From assembly GCF_001194135.2 (NCBI RefSeq), contig NC_069003.1, positions 31,705,286-31,760,998 on the forward strand: a stretch of DNA of 55,713 nucleotides, in the 5' to 3' direction. Each line of letters begins with the position of its first letter. Position 1 is the stretch's first letter. Position numbers and translations under genes: made by a program. The DNA is from Octopus bimaculoides (lineage: Eukaryota). Below the pieces are notes generated by a model. The model had not been told where the DNA came from and made no database searches. It was given only the letters and a program-made list of their open reading frames with translations. Shown piece after piece: positions 1 to 11,583 of the stretch.

Positions 1-41
1 GGATTTGGTAGACGGAAACTGAAAGAAGCTCCTATATATAT
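1..41 (+). mobile_element. Fragment of SINE family A, truncated by window edge
   Basis: ggatttggtagacggaaactgaaagaagc matches the internal segment of the copies at 12753 and 15405. Confidence 0.7.
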
Positions 42-44
42 ATG

Positions 45-236
45 ATTGACCGTTGACTGAACACTATTCAATTTTTTTTCTCCGTGTTTTTCTCCTTGTC
101 TCCGTATTCTTTCTGTTGAAGAGCGTAGCTCGAAACGTCAAAGACTTTCCGTATTCCCGAGCGTCATACTAATATATACTTTTGTTATTTACACCACCTG
201 TCCTCGTCTGTTGTTATTTTTTGTATAATCTCCCAT
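45..236 (+). mobile_element. Penelope-like terminal repeat fragment with minimal hammerhead-like motif (108-144)
   Basis: TCTTT-CTGTTGA-A-GAG-cgtag-CTC-GAAAC-GTC-AAAGA, followed by (TA)n. A homologous inverted copy lies at 2199-2352. Confidence 0.6.
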
Positions 237-803
237 ATATATATATATATATATATATATAGGAGCTTCTTTCAGTTGGGTTGGACAAAATAATGGAGTT
301 GAGTTCATAAATCAGCTTTCATCATAAGACTGCTTGATCTAGGCTGACCTGGGGTTAAACAACAACAATTACGTAAATACTTTATTTGGTAGTGTTGATA
401 ACACAGGTGTTAGTTTTGGACTGGGGTAGGGAGGGGGGGTCGCTTCAGATAACTGTCCCCTTTAAATGCATGGCCTTGTGCCAATGTTAGAAATCCTGTT
501 TTGTCGTAAGTGATAATTACTATTAATGATATTTGTGTGCTGTGGCCACTGATTATGGTCATTATTATTATTATTATTCACTGAATATTATTATTATCCG
601 CTATTCGATGAGTTAAAGGATGAAGTAAGCCCTGACTCTACACAGTAATCGCAGATTAGATAATGACAAACATTGTTGCAAACTTGATCAATACTCATTG
701 TCTGCCTGCCATAGCTGCAATTAAAGCAATCGGGCTTATGTAAACATGGGGGATATTTATAAACACCTAACCAATAGGACTGATTAGAAAAGCTCTAGTT
801 ATT

Positions 804-840
<37 letters not shown>

Positions 841-850
841 NNNNNNNNNN

Positions 851-888
<38 letters not shown>

Positions 889-2116
889 GCATATACAAAT
901 ACAAGTATGTGTGTATGTGAGAAAGAGAGAGTTGGGTTGGGTGCAGAATTACAATCAATCATTTGTGGCTTTGATTGGCTGGTTATTTTTTTAAATAATT
1001 ACCACCATTGTTAATTGTTATTTGCTCTAGGTTCATTACAGTAACTCACTGTTAATATATCTCATCTGCATTCGTCTCATGATGGTGGGTGCATGTATAA
1101 GCAGTCGTCCATGTGAATAGCAATACTGCTTTAGCATTTCGGCAATTTAAAAGCTCTTGTTTTTGTTTACATTTTAATATTTATTGGAATTTTAATACGA
1201 TCAGTCCTTGAAATAATAAGTTTTTTAAAACAAATGACAGAAACAATACGAAATTGTTTCGTTTTATTTTATTGTTTCGACACAACAGTGCAAATAGTAC
1301 ATTACTATTGATACATGTTGACATTTATAAAGATGAGTGCAAAAATGTTCCTCTGTGGGATGTTGTGCCATAGATGGCCGTTTCGTGGAGAATTACGCAA
1401 GCAACAGGATTGGGGAACTAGGAAATGTGTGCACTTCAAGTGGTAAGACTTTATAAACTGTATATTCACTTGCCCTTTAGTATTTTTAAATAGTTTTTGT
1501 TGTTGTTTTCCCTTCAACTTGACCAGATCTAACCTTTTGTTTTAGAGCATTAACGTATGTGTGTGTGTGTATATATATATATATATGCACACACACACAC
1601 ACACACACACAGAGGAGTACTTTTTTTGTTGATCTTACTATCATGGAACAGCACATTATATAAGCATGTGTGTGTATGGGTATTTTAAAGTTTGCTTCTG
1701 ACTTAGGATTTTAATAACATATATTGTATTTTCTTTTTTCTTTTTCAGTAGTAAATAGTATAATGATAACAGGGAATCGCTAACTCTTCCATTACCATAT
1801 TTCTGTTCAAATGCAGTTCTTTGTTTCAATTAATTTTGCAAACAGTGAAGAATTTTGTATAGTAATTTTGTCATTAAGATGGTGTTTGGATCATAAATGA
1901 ACATGAAACTGAGGGAAAGCTTTAATTTAGATCATTTTAATACAGTAATATTCAATCATAGAATCAGAGGTAACCTCAGGTGATTTTTCTTTTTTTGGTC
2001 TCGGTGATTTTCTGACCAAATTCTTGCATGTTGGATTGTTCTTCTCATAATGTCAAATTGGTGACATTATTGTATTTATTCATTGAGAAATCAATCTTTC
2101 TCTCTCCATAAATACA

Positions 2117-2120
<4 letters not shown>

Positions 2121-2184
<64 letters not shown>
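2121..2184. repeat. (TA)n microsatellite; many other (TA)n, (CA)n, (CT)n, (TTA)n and poly-T tracts occur, e.g. 805-885, 3552-3603, 5571-5597, 13916-13965, 19717-19760, 24192-24330, 27340-27430
   Basis: Direct inspection; several border assembly gaps. Confidence 0.95.
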
Positions 2185-2189
<5 letters not shown>

Positions 2190-2198
2190 TGTATATAT

Positions 2199-2352
2199 AG
2201 GGGGAGAATTCACAAAAAAAGACAAAAGACGAAGACAGGTGGTGTAGACAACAAACAGATGTATTAGTTTAATGCTCGGGAAGTGGAAAAGTCTTTAACA
2301 TTTCGAGCCTACGCTCTTCCACAGAAAGGAGCACAGAAAGAAACGGAGAAAT
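2199..2352 (-). mobile_element. Second copy of the same Penelope-like repeat, inverted
   Basis: Reverse complement reads ...ctttctgtggaagagcgtaggctcgaaatgttaaagac...acaccacctgtcttcgtc..., matching 100-236. Abuts a long (TA)n at ~2121-2184. Confidence 0.6.
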
Positions 2353-2719
2353 ATATATGTGTATTAGTTTAATAACTTGACAGGCTAATGTTTAACCTTT
2401 TTGATACCAATACACTTGAGGTTACCTGCTGTTTCAAAGAGTTTATATTTAAATTACAACCTCCCATCATAGATTACCTGCTGAGGTTCTAAAACACCAA
2501 GTTGAAGTATATTAGTTACATAATTGTTTTTTTTCTTCTATCTCTGCAAGTGTTTATAATAAGTGATATCCGTCCAAAAACTTTTTACCTCATTGAATTT
2601 AGTATATCTACCCTGACTTAATTATTGTTTTCTATACAGGTGGCTTCTCTAGGTAACTTCTCCCAACCATTGCGCCTCCACGTCTATGTATTATACTCTA
2701 CTAAAAGAAATATATTTTC

Positions 2720-3065
2720 AATATTTTACTTGATTCCGTCATGGGTCTGCATCCTTTGAAGGGATTAGCCAAACAAATCAACCCTTGTACTAATTTTTAA
2801 GTGTGGTACTTCTATCAGTCTCTTTTGCCAACTCCTAACTTACATGGATGTAAACAAACCAACAGTTTGTCAAGTGGTGGTGGAAGACACACTCAAAGAC
2901 GCACACACATAAACATATATAATGTATACGACAGATATCTACACAGTTTTCATTTACCAAATCCACTTTCAAGGTATTGGTTGGCTGTGGTGGGCTATGG
3001 TAAAAAAAATACTTCTTCAAGGTGCAATACAATGGGACTGAAACCGAAACCATGCCTGCTTGTAC
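2720..3065 (-). mobile_element. tRNA-derived SINE family A, degenerate, antisense
   Basis: Reverse complement aligns by eye with 15405-15767 (gtcccatt...ggatttggtaaatgaaaactg...caaaagagactgatagaagtac). Confidence 0.7.
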
Positions 3066-3548
3066 ATCAATTAACATTAATTAATATTTTGGAATGGTGT
3101 TCAATTTAACTTTGTAAACATATGCTACTGATTTGTTTATGAAATCCTACTGAAGAGGGTGCGTTTCTTGTTCCAATTTCTCTTTAATCTGCTCTTAATT
3201 CCGCTTAAAAACGCTAGGCCACCAATCGCCAAAATATTTTCAATTTACTGTAAAATGATATCATAGCTGCACCCTATCCCCATGTTTCAAGTCCTAACTG
3301 TCAGATACAGTGTACAACACTTTGGTATGGCTCTGCTTCTGGAACAGGACTTAGAATTGAAGTTTGGTACTGCAATAGAGTGAGTATTTCTCTATCTAAT
3401 CAGATATAACTGGTAGTTGGTCTGTTTAGTGAAAGAACAGATAATGTATTGCTTTCGGGTTCAATCTGAGCCATTGAGAAGCTTTTGAGTGCAGCTGGCA
3501 GCAAATAGGGTTGTTACTCAGAGTAGTGACAGAGGGTGTTAACTTTGA

Positions 3549-3607
<59 letters not shown>

Positions 3608-4089
3608 GGAAGATTTTTGTGTAAGACATGAAATTCTATTTTCATCTGTTGTGCAATTATCCGAAACATATATTATTAAATGCGTTCAAAATATTACTCA
3701 GTTTGACTTCCTTTTTATACATTATAGCCATCTTCTCACTCTCTATTCTTGAGAGGGTTTTAGGGGTAGGGTCCAATAAAAAGCAACCCTCATAACACTC
3801 TTTGGATGGATTCCTAGGGGGTGACCAACTGAAACTAGGGATATTACCTTGCCATCTCATTCTTGTCCTACCCCTGGGCCTCCTGCTGGTTGACCCAACT
3901 AGAAGACTCTCTTATACTTTTCTACAGCATTCTAATCACATACATGTCAAAGTTGACAGTTCTTTCCGTCACTGCTAAATGTTTTTTTTTTATTTCTTTG
4001 TATTTTTTAAAATTTAAATGACAAAGATAAGACCCTTTACAGTCCTACTACTTTTGTACACCTATTTGTGTGAGAGGGGGTCCTTTAAA

Positions 4090-4210
4090 AAACCATACCA
4101 AAACAGTGATAGACAATGGGGCATAACCTGGTCCATCTACTTGCCAGATCCTGTCAAACTGTCCAACCCATGCCAGCATGGAAAGCAGAGTTAAATGATA
4201 ATGGTGATAC
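4090..4210 (+). mobile_element. Family C 3' fragment
   Basis: gtccaacccatgccagcatggaaagcagagttaaatgata. Confidence 0.6.
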
Positions 4211-4829
4211 ATAAACAGCAAATCAAATGTTCGCTTTGCTGAGACAATTGAATTCAATATCAAGTTCTTTCTCAATTGTGGACTAACAAGCTTACCAAAT
4301 CTGAATCTCTCTCTCTCTTATTTATAGCTGGGAAGCTACATCAGTGACTTAAGGTCCAAGAGTTTTCTCGTAGAACACTTGTCCTCATAAAATGTAAATT
4401 ATTTATACTCTACATTAAGTATTGAGTTCTGTTTGCTCCATTTCTATAACCTATCCTATATGTATATAGTGATGTACATTTTCCCCCTCATTTTTTACTC
4501 CTTACCTCAACGTCTATACATATTCTTGTAATTTTACTGTCAGCTCAACATGAAAGTAATGTCCTCATGTCAAACACATTTGTACACATTTGTCTGTGGT
4601 TTGTTATAATCATATAATTGTTTGTTTCCTCCACCTCGTTTCTTTATCCATCAAACCACTTATGTTATTATTACAATTGTCTCTTGCTCTCATTTTTACA
4701 ATTTTCTTCGAGAAACACTTGTATTTCTCTCATCCAATCATCTCTGAATTTAAAAACAAGTTGTATCCATCTCTTCCTCAAACCAACTATTTAAATGAAT
4801 AAAAGCTAATGAGAGGAATCTATATATTG

Positions 4830-5034
4830 GTCTGAAATTTTTGGCTCAAGGCCAGCACATTCAAGCGAGCAGCTAAGTCGATTACATCAGCCTCAGTGCT
4901 CAACTGGTACTTATTTTATCAATCCTGAAAGAATGAAAGGCCCTTGGTGGAATTTGAACTCGGAACATAAAAGACAGACAAAATGCTGCTAAGCATTTTG
5001 CCTGGCATACTAACAATTCTGCCTGCTTGCCATC
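4830..5034 (-). mobile_element. SINE family E, degenerate, antisense
   Basis: taagtcgattac...aactggtacttattttatc...aatttgaactc...ctaagcattttgcc is the reverse complement of the 21015 copy. Confidence 0.75.
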
Positions 5035-5566
5035 TTGAGGGAATCTCTATATGAGTTGTTGATCTCTCCAATGAGAGGAGCCTGTACATGGTTGCTAAAT
5101 TTGTTAGAAACAGTAGCCAAATCTTACTCGAATCGAACCCTCTGTCTTACTTATAGAAACAAAGGAAGAACATTAAATAATTTAGTCACAGATGCACTTA
5201 GAATGAAAATGGGATGGTCATAGACAAAGCACTTTTGATCTGAAGATACATTAAATGATGTAAAGACAAACAAAAAAAAGTGAATGGCATTGAATAATGT
5301 AATTCTAGAGATATGCTATATTCTGAATAAAACATTGGATGAGCACAAATGGAACATATTTAATTAATGGCATGCTAGATTAGGGGCCTGACTGGCAGCT
5401 AAACAACAATAGCAACAATGTGGTTCTCATATTTGGAATAAATATACAACACTACCTAATTCTATCCATTCAGCCATGAAGCACAATTTGAGAATCTATT
5501 TTTAACCAAAAGTAATTATTTCCGTAAATAATCTGTATTTTTTTTTAATTACTATGTCTTTTGTTC

Positions 5567-5598
<32 letters not shown>

Positions 5599-5616
5599 CT
5601 TTCTATTTTATTTCAG

Positions 5617-5683
5617 TAAAAATAATCCGAAGACCAAGCAGATGTCTATGGGGAAGAAGAAATTTAACATGGATCCCAAGAAG
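5617..5683 (+). CDS. CYTH1: Cytohesin exon (start of Sec7): [22 protein letters not shown]
   Basis: Acceptor tttcag| at 5611-5616, donor |gtaagt at 5684; 67 nt, phase 2 to 0. Confidence 0.95.
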
Positions 5684-8600
5684 GTAAGTTTTATTTAGTT
5701 TGATTTACACCCACTAAAAACATGTATGATTTAGTCTGAAGAGGAAGGGGCAGTGTACACGTTCTTTTTGCAAGGCCTCTGAAACTGGTTTCCAGAAAAC
5801 TTTCAGTATCAATCTTCTGGTGACCTGCTCTGAATGCTTGTAATAGTCTGGACTCTGCTAATGGCATCCAAGGATCCAGTAGTGATGGTGTTAAACATGA
5901 TGGTTGATAATTCTGTGCTATCTTTAGTAAGATGATATCATTGAGCAAGTATTTCTACAGCTGTATGATGTTCTGCTACTACTACTCCATTTACTACTCT
6001 TCTTGGAAGTAGGGAGTGGTGGAACCTTGTTTTGCCCTTCTTACCAGAAGCCACTTGACTTCGGTATGTAAGTACTACAGTGTCGCACGCTGTATTTTCC
6101 TATTCGTAAACAAGTCCAAATCCTGCAGCACTGCATGGAGAATCTCTGGTTTTCTATTGTCATTTTGGTGTATCAGTTGACCTACTGCTTTTGGCTATAA
6201 GTTTCCATCAGAAAAAAATTCACTTGTATGCTGTGGGTAGGAGGCTCCAAAAGGGGTCTCAAGGAGTAGCATCTCTGCCTTCCTGAGCTAGTTTTCCACC
6301 ACATTTCTTAAAAATCGTTGTAGAGGCCTTGGTCTCTGGATCACTCACTCACGTCTAGAAACTGAGGTCGGGGGTAAGCAAGTGAGTGCTCTCCATAGAA
6401 AATCCAGCTCCGAAAAAGCCTCATGACAATAGCTGGAAAATATTGTATTCATAACCCAGACACTTAATTACCAACAGCCCAGCCCACCTGACTAAAAGTA
6501 GGTAATGCAGTATTGTCTAATGTACTGTTATCCATCCATGACCAAAGACACTATCGTCAACAGGCCTTGACCAAGACAGCTTACTATCAGTAGCTGTAAT
6601 TAGGTAATGTGTGAGCATGTATTTCTCCCCTAACACTTTGTGTCAGTTTGGATCAGTCACACAGTGACTTTGTGTTAGCCTTTTCTCTCCTCTTTTCCAA
6701 CTAGGATAGCCGTGTATCTCCTCTGCATCCAGACACATTGTTCTGTCACTCTGTCATACTTTATTCTCTCATCACCTGGCCCAAAGCCACCTCCCTCAAT
6801 ATTTCTCCACTCTGTTGAGGGATCTTGTGCCAGTACTACACAAAAAGCACCCAGTGCATTCTGTAAAGTGGTTGATGTTGGAAAGGGCATCCAGCTCTTC
6901 TTGAAAACCATGTCAAAGCAGATAGAGCTTCGTACAATCTTCCGGCTCACCAGCGTCTGTCAAACCATCCAACCCGTGCCTGCATGGGAGGCAGATGTTA
7001 GACGACGATGACACTAATTATAAATTGCTTGTCAAATATGGAGACTGTAAGGAAACTACAAATAGATTCCCTGTGACGTCACAAGTCTTGTTATCAAAGC
7101 AGTGAAAGATCTAATTAGATTTTATTCTCTGTGTATCTACATTAACATTTTATTTCTGTGTTAACCTATGTATGTGTGTCCATTCTAACTCTCGTTTCTC
7201 TTTCTCTCTTCTTTCATGCAGGGAATTGAATACTTGATCAAGTATGACCTCTTACAAAACACTGCAGAAGATGTGGCTCGCTTCCTCTTCCAGGGAGATG
7301 GACTGGATAAAACTGCAATCGGAGACTACCTCGGAGAACGGTACCATTTTAAGTTTCTTTCTCTACATAAATGCACATGCATCCATATGAATTCAATTGT
7401 CGCTTTGTTAGTGATGAGAGTTTGAATTCTGCAAAAAACTAAAAATTCTCAAAAATAGAACAAAAACACTTAGACACACACACACACAATTCTTATACAT
7501 ATTTTAGTCATCGTTAATGTTGGTTTAACGCTTTATTTGTAATTTAGGTTCAGCTCAATTCTGATCCTGTGAGTGATGCGAAAATTTTTTTTTAAATATC
7601 TAACATAATAGTAATTAATAGAAACATTATTATTTCTAAATCTCTCAAAGAGAGATATTCACTAACAGTTCTTTAAAGTAAAGACTAATTGCCAACATAA
7701 TGTGGCAGTCCTAGTTAGGACGACTGTTACTGTTGTTTAGCCCTAGGAAACAGCATTTCCAGGTGGCTATACAACACAATATCTGTTTCCTTATATTTTT
7801 GAACAGGGAGTGCAATTTCAGGGTAGGGGGTAAGTCGATTACATTGACCCCCAGTGCTCAACTGGTACTTATGTTATTGACCCTGAAAAAAGATGAAAGG
7901 TAAAGTCGACCTTGGCCGAATCTGAACTCAGAAAATAAAGGCAGGTGAATTGCCACTAAGCATTTTGCCCAGTGTGTTAACAATTTTGCCAGCTCGCCAC
8001 CATAGCAATAATAATGATAATGATTTCCAATAACACTTGACCATAAATTTATAATGGAAGAATGTTGATTGAATCTATTTTCCTGGTTCAAAAATTAACA
8101 AACATTGAAAAAGAAAAGTTTTTTTTTTTTTTTTATTTATTAACTCCCTATTTAAATAATTATTAATTTAAGTTTAATTCATTATTTTGTTTTCCATTTA
8201 TTTCTAGAAATGATTTCAATATTGCTGTCTTGAAAGCATTTGTGAATTTGCATGAGTTTTCTGAAATGATCCTGGTNNNNNNNNNNAGATTTTGGGAAGC
8301 ACATGCTAGCAAAATAACAAATTGGGGATCCGCAGTATTATTTCAAGGGTCCATGAAAAGTTTTGATTTGAATGTATGTGTTGCATGAAACAGCTGGGTT
8401 TCTTTCTCTAATGTTTTACATAATTCAACCTATGCAAGTGAATAACAAAATAGGGATTTTGAAAGAGGTATCGATAAAATTTGTTTTTAATCAGTAAATG
8501 GCTTTAGGGGTCTACCAGAATAAAATAGTAAACAAAGAGGTCTAACCCTAACCCTATGTATGTTTCTCTGTTATATTTAATGTTGTTGTTGTTGTTTACA

Positions 8601-11527
8601 ACAGGCAGTTCCTATGGAGTTTTCGCTTACCCGGAGAGGCCCAGAAAATAGACCGAATGATGGAATGTTTCGCCGAAAGATATTGCGAATTAAACGAAGG
8701 AGTATTCACAAGTACAGGTGAGTACTCTTGTTTTTCATGGAATCCTCTGAGAGTGTAGTGGGTACTTTTACGTGCCACCAGCATGGGTACCATTTGCTTG
8801 ATGCCAGTATCTTCCACGACTAATTTTACTTGACCCAATGGGTCTTCTTCTCAAATTAATAAAGATTAGTCATACTCTAGTTTAGAATTGTATTAATTTG
8901 CACTTGTAGCTGTTAAATAAAATCGTGTTTAATCATACTTTATACATGGTCCCGTGTGGTATATTATAAGAACTTTGAAGTAGATTAATAAATATCAGAC
9001 AGACCCAGCTTTACAAGTGTATTGATTTGAATCTGTTAATTTAGCTCCACTTTTTCATAGTTTATCTTATATTTTAGTGTATATTTTTAACTATATCCAT
9101 AAAACCGGAAAATCCAGAAATCCGGGCTTCTTCCGGTCCCAAGCCTGATTATGGGTCCGGTAGCGTAGTTCTATGACTTCAAACCACCGCAAAGTGTGTG
9201 TAGTCGTATCATGTAGTTGAGAAGTTACTCTGATTCAAGGGAGGTAACTCTTGTCTTTCTCGTGGTTTTACAAGCGTTTACTTTTGGTGATGGTAAATTA
9301 AGCTTTAAGATTTTCATTAAAACATAGTCACCTGATTACCGATTCACGTCGTCTTTGTTATTATTATTTTTTTTTTTTTTTTTTTTTTCATTTTACATAG
9401 AACCCCTTAACGCAGGGCTTCCAACTACCAGTTTGCACAAAAAGAATAAATTTTAAAATTTAATTTCTATTTTATTGACTATCACAATCTGCAAGTTGTT
9501 TTTGTTTTATGTGAAGGTACGTGGCTCAGTGGTTTGAGCGTCGGGCTTACGATTACGAGGTTGAGAGTTCGATTCCCAGACTAGGTTCAGTGTTGTGTTC
9601 TTGACCAAAACACTTGATTTTACATTGCTCCAGTTCACTCAGCTGTAGAAATGAGTTGTGGCGTCACTGGTGCCAAGCTATATCGGTCTTTGCCTTTTTC
9701 TTGGACAACATCAGTGGCGTGAAGAGGGGAGATTGGTATGCATGGGCAACTGCTTGCCTTCCATAAACAACTTTGCCTGGACTTATGCCTCAAAGGAGAA
9801 ACATTTTCGCTACAATCCCATGGTCATTATTACATGTATTGTATGTATGTATGTATATATATATATGACTTGGCCATGTAATATTATAACTCGTAAGTTA
9901 CCTCATCATTTCGTATTTGTCTTGCTTCTATATGTTGGATCCCTGACGATGAATATATGTGGAATTCCAGCAGCTCTTACTTCTTTAGAGTAGAGTACAC
10001 ATATATTTTGAAACATATGTAGGAATTAAAGGAACTTTTATTTACATGCGTTTTGCTCCATTTATTGTTATTATTCATATATATATATATATATATGTGT
10101 GTATATATATATATATAATATAAATTGCATATATATATATATATAACAATTAAATTATATATTACGCACTTTATTATGTTTTGTTATGAGCATGATACCA
10201 CCAGTCTGTGATGTGTAAAACATTGGAGACTGATGCCTTAACTACTAACCCCTAACATTGATATTTGTGTACTTATTTTGGTGAAGTTTGGGTATAACTG
10301 TGTTTGAAGTTCCACACCTCAATGGAAAAGAAAAGGATGAGTTTTTTTTTTTTTTTTTTCAATTATTTATATTTTTTTGATCTGTGTTTCTTACAGAAAA
10401 ATTACGTTTCTGAATCAGCCCCCCCATCCATTTTTTTTTTTACATTTGCCTCCCTCTCCCTCTATACACACTGTCGATATTTTTTTATAATAGGGACTAT
10501 TTAGAAACTTTTGTAGGGTTTACACACACACACAAGTATATTTATTTATATTTAACAGAAACTCTTGGCCTTTGAGTAATTGTGATGCTTCTCTTAATTA
10601 TTAATAAAAACATATTATTTTCGGTTCTATTTTTCCTGTTTGCATCATCATATCTGTGTGTGTGTCTTTATATATATGTAAAGTGATTGGCATGGGGAAG
10701 GGCATCCAGCTGTAGAAATCATGCCAAAACAGACAACTGGAGCCTGGTGCAGTCTTCTGGCTTACCAGCTCCTCTCAAACCGTCCGTCCCATGCCAGCAT
10801 GGAAAACGGACGTTAAATGATGATGATGATGACGATGATGATGTACTCCATCATGGGTCTCTGTTGGGCTTTGTGTGTATGTGTATGTGGTTCTTTCTAT
10901 TAGTGAGAAAGTGTGTTTTGTGAATGAAGCTAATTCTTTAATACTCCCAACAAGGAAGCATTTGTATGGTCACTTGACTTGCTAGAAAATGCAGCTAACA
11001 CTCTACCATTAAAAAAAAAATATATATATTTTATACACAAATAGGAAACACATTTGACAATGTAATTCTAGACATGCCGAAAAAAAAAGACAGGATGTTC
11101 ACTGCTGGAATTCTTTTGGTTATAGGCCTCTTTGAACATGGATGGCCTGGGGAGCCTCAGCAATAACAATATATAATAGCGTCTGTAGTTAAGTTATTCC
11201 TAGTCTTTAAGTGTTCTCTGAGAATCAACCATATGTTCTTTTTTTATATACTACCTACTAAGTTAACCAACCCTTTTAAATTGGTGTTTCTTTAACATCA
11301 CTCAACCCCAAACTACTTCCATCCAGTCTACAACACTGCTTCAATTGTGTTTGTTTGTGTGTATGTGTGTGTATCTGTATGTGTACAATCATTAAGACTT
11401 TACAGTGTGTATTTGTGTGTGTGTATCAGTATGTGTACGTTCATTAAGACTTTACAGTGCATGTGTGTTTGTGTATATCTATGTGCTTTATGTGTATGTG
11501 CATGTGTGTTTATTTGTTTGTGTGTAC

Positions 11528-11583
<56 letters not shown>

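Noticed and set aside
608-650. GAG TTA AAG GAT GAA (ELKDE) resembling the coiled-coil 'LKDEI' motif, followed by GTAAGC
   Set aside because: No pyrimidine-rich acceptor, an in-frame stop soon after, and the motif would be at an exon start rather than next to a donor.
1725-1765. Strong pyrimidine tract + CAG at 1746-1748; possible 9-nt (1749-1757) or 6-nt symmetric microexon
   Set aside because: The donor GTATAA is poor, all longer frames hit stops, and there is no supporting homology.
5730-5810. CTGAAGA ... GAAAC spacing suggestive of another hammerhead
   Set aside because: Stems I and II cannot be paired convincingly.
8543-8556. TAACCCTAACCCTA telomere-like motif
   Set aside because: Only two units; expected by chance or as a MITE end.
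9515-9600. tRNA gene candidates at SINE heads (also 12753, 15405, 21015, 24350, 32430)
   Set aside because: A/B boxes are present, but there is no intact cloverleaf and they continue into repeat bodies; these are tRNA-derived SINEs.
11365-11460. ~51-bp tandem duplication (cattaagactttacagtg twice)
   Set aside because: Ordinary slippage duplication inside a (TG)-rich tract.
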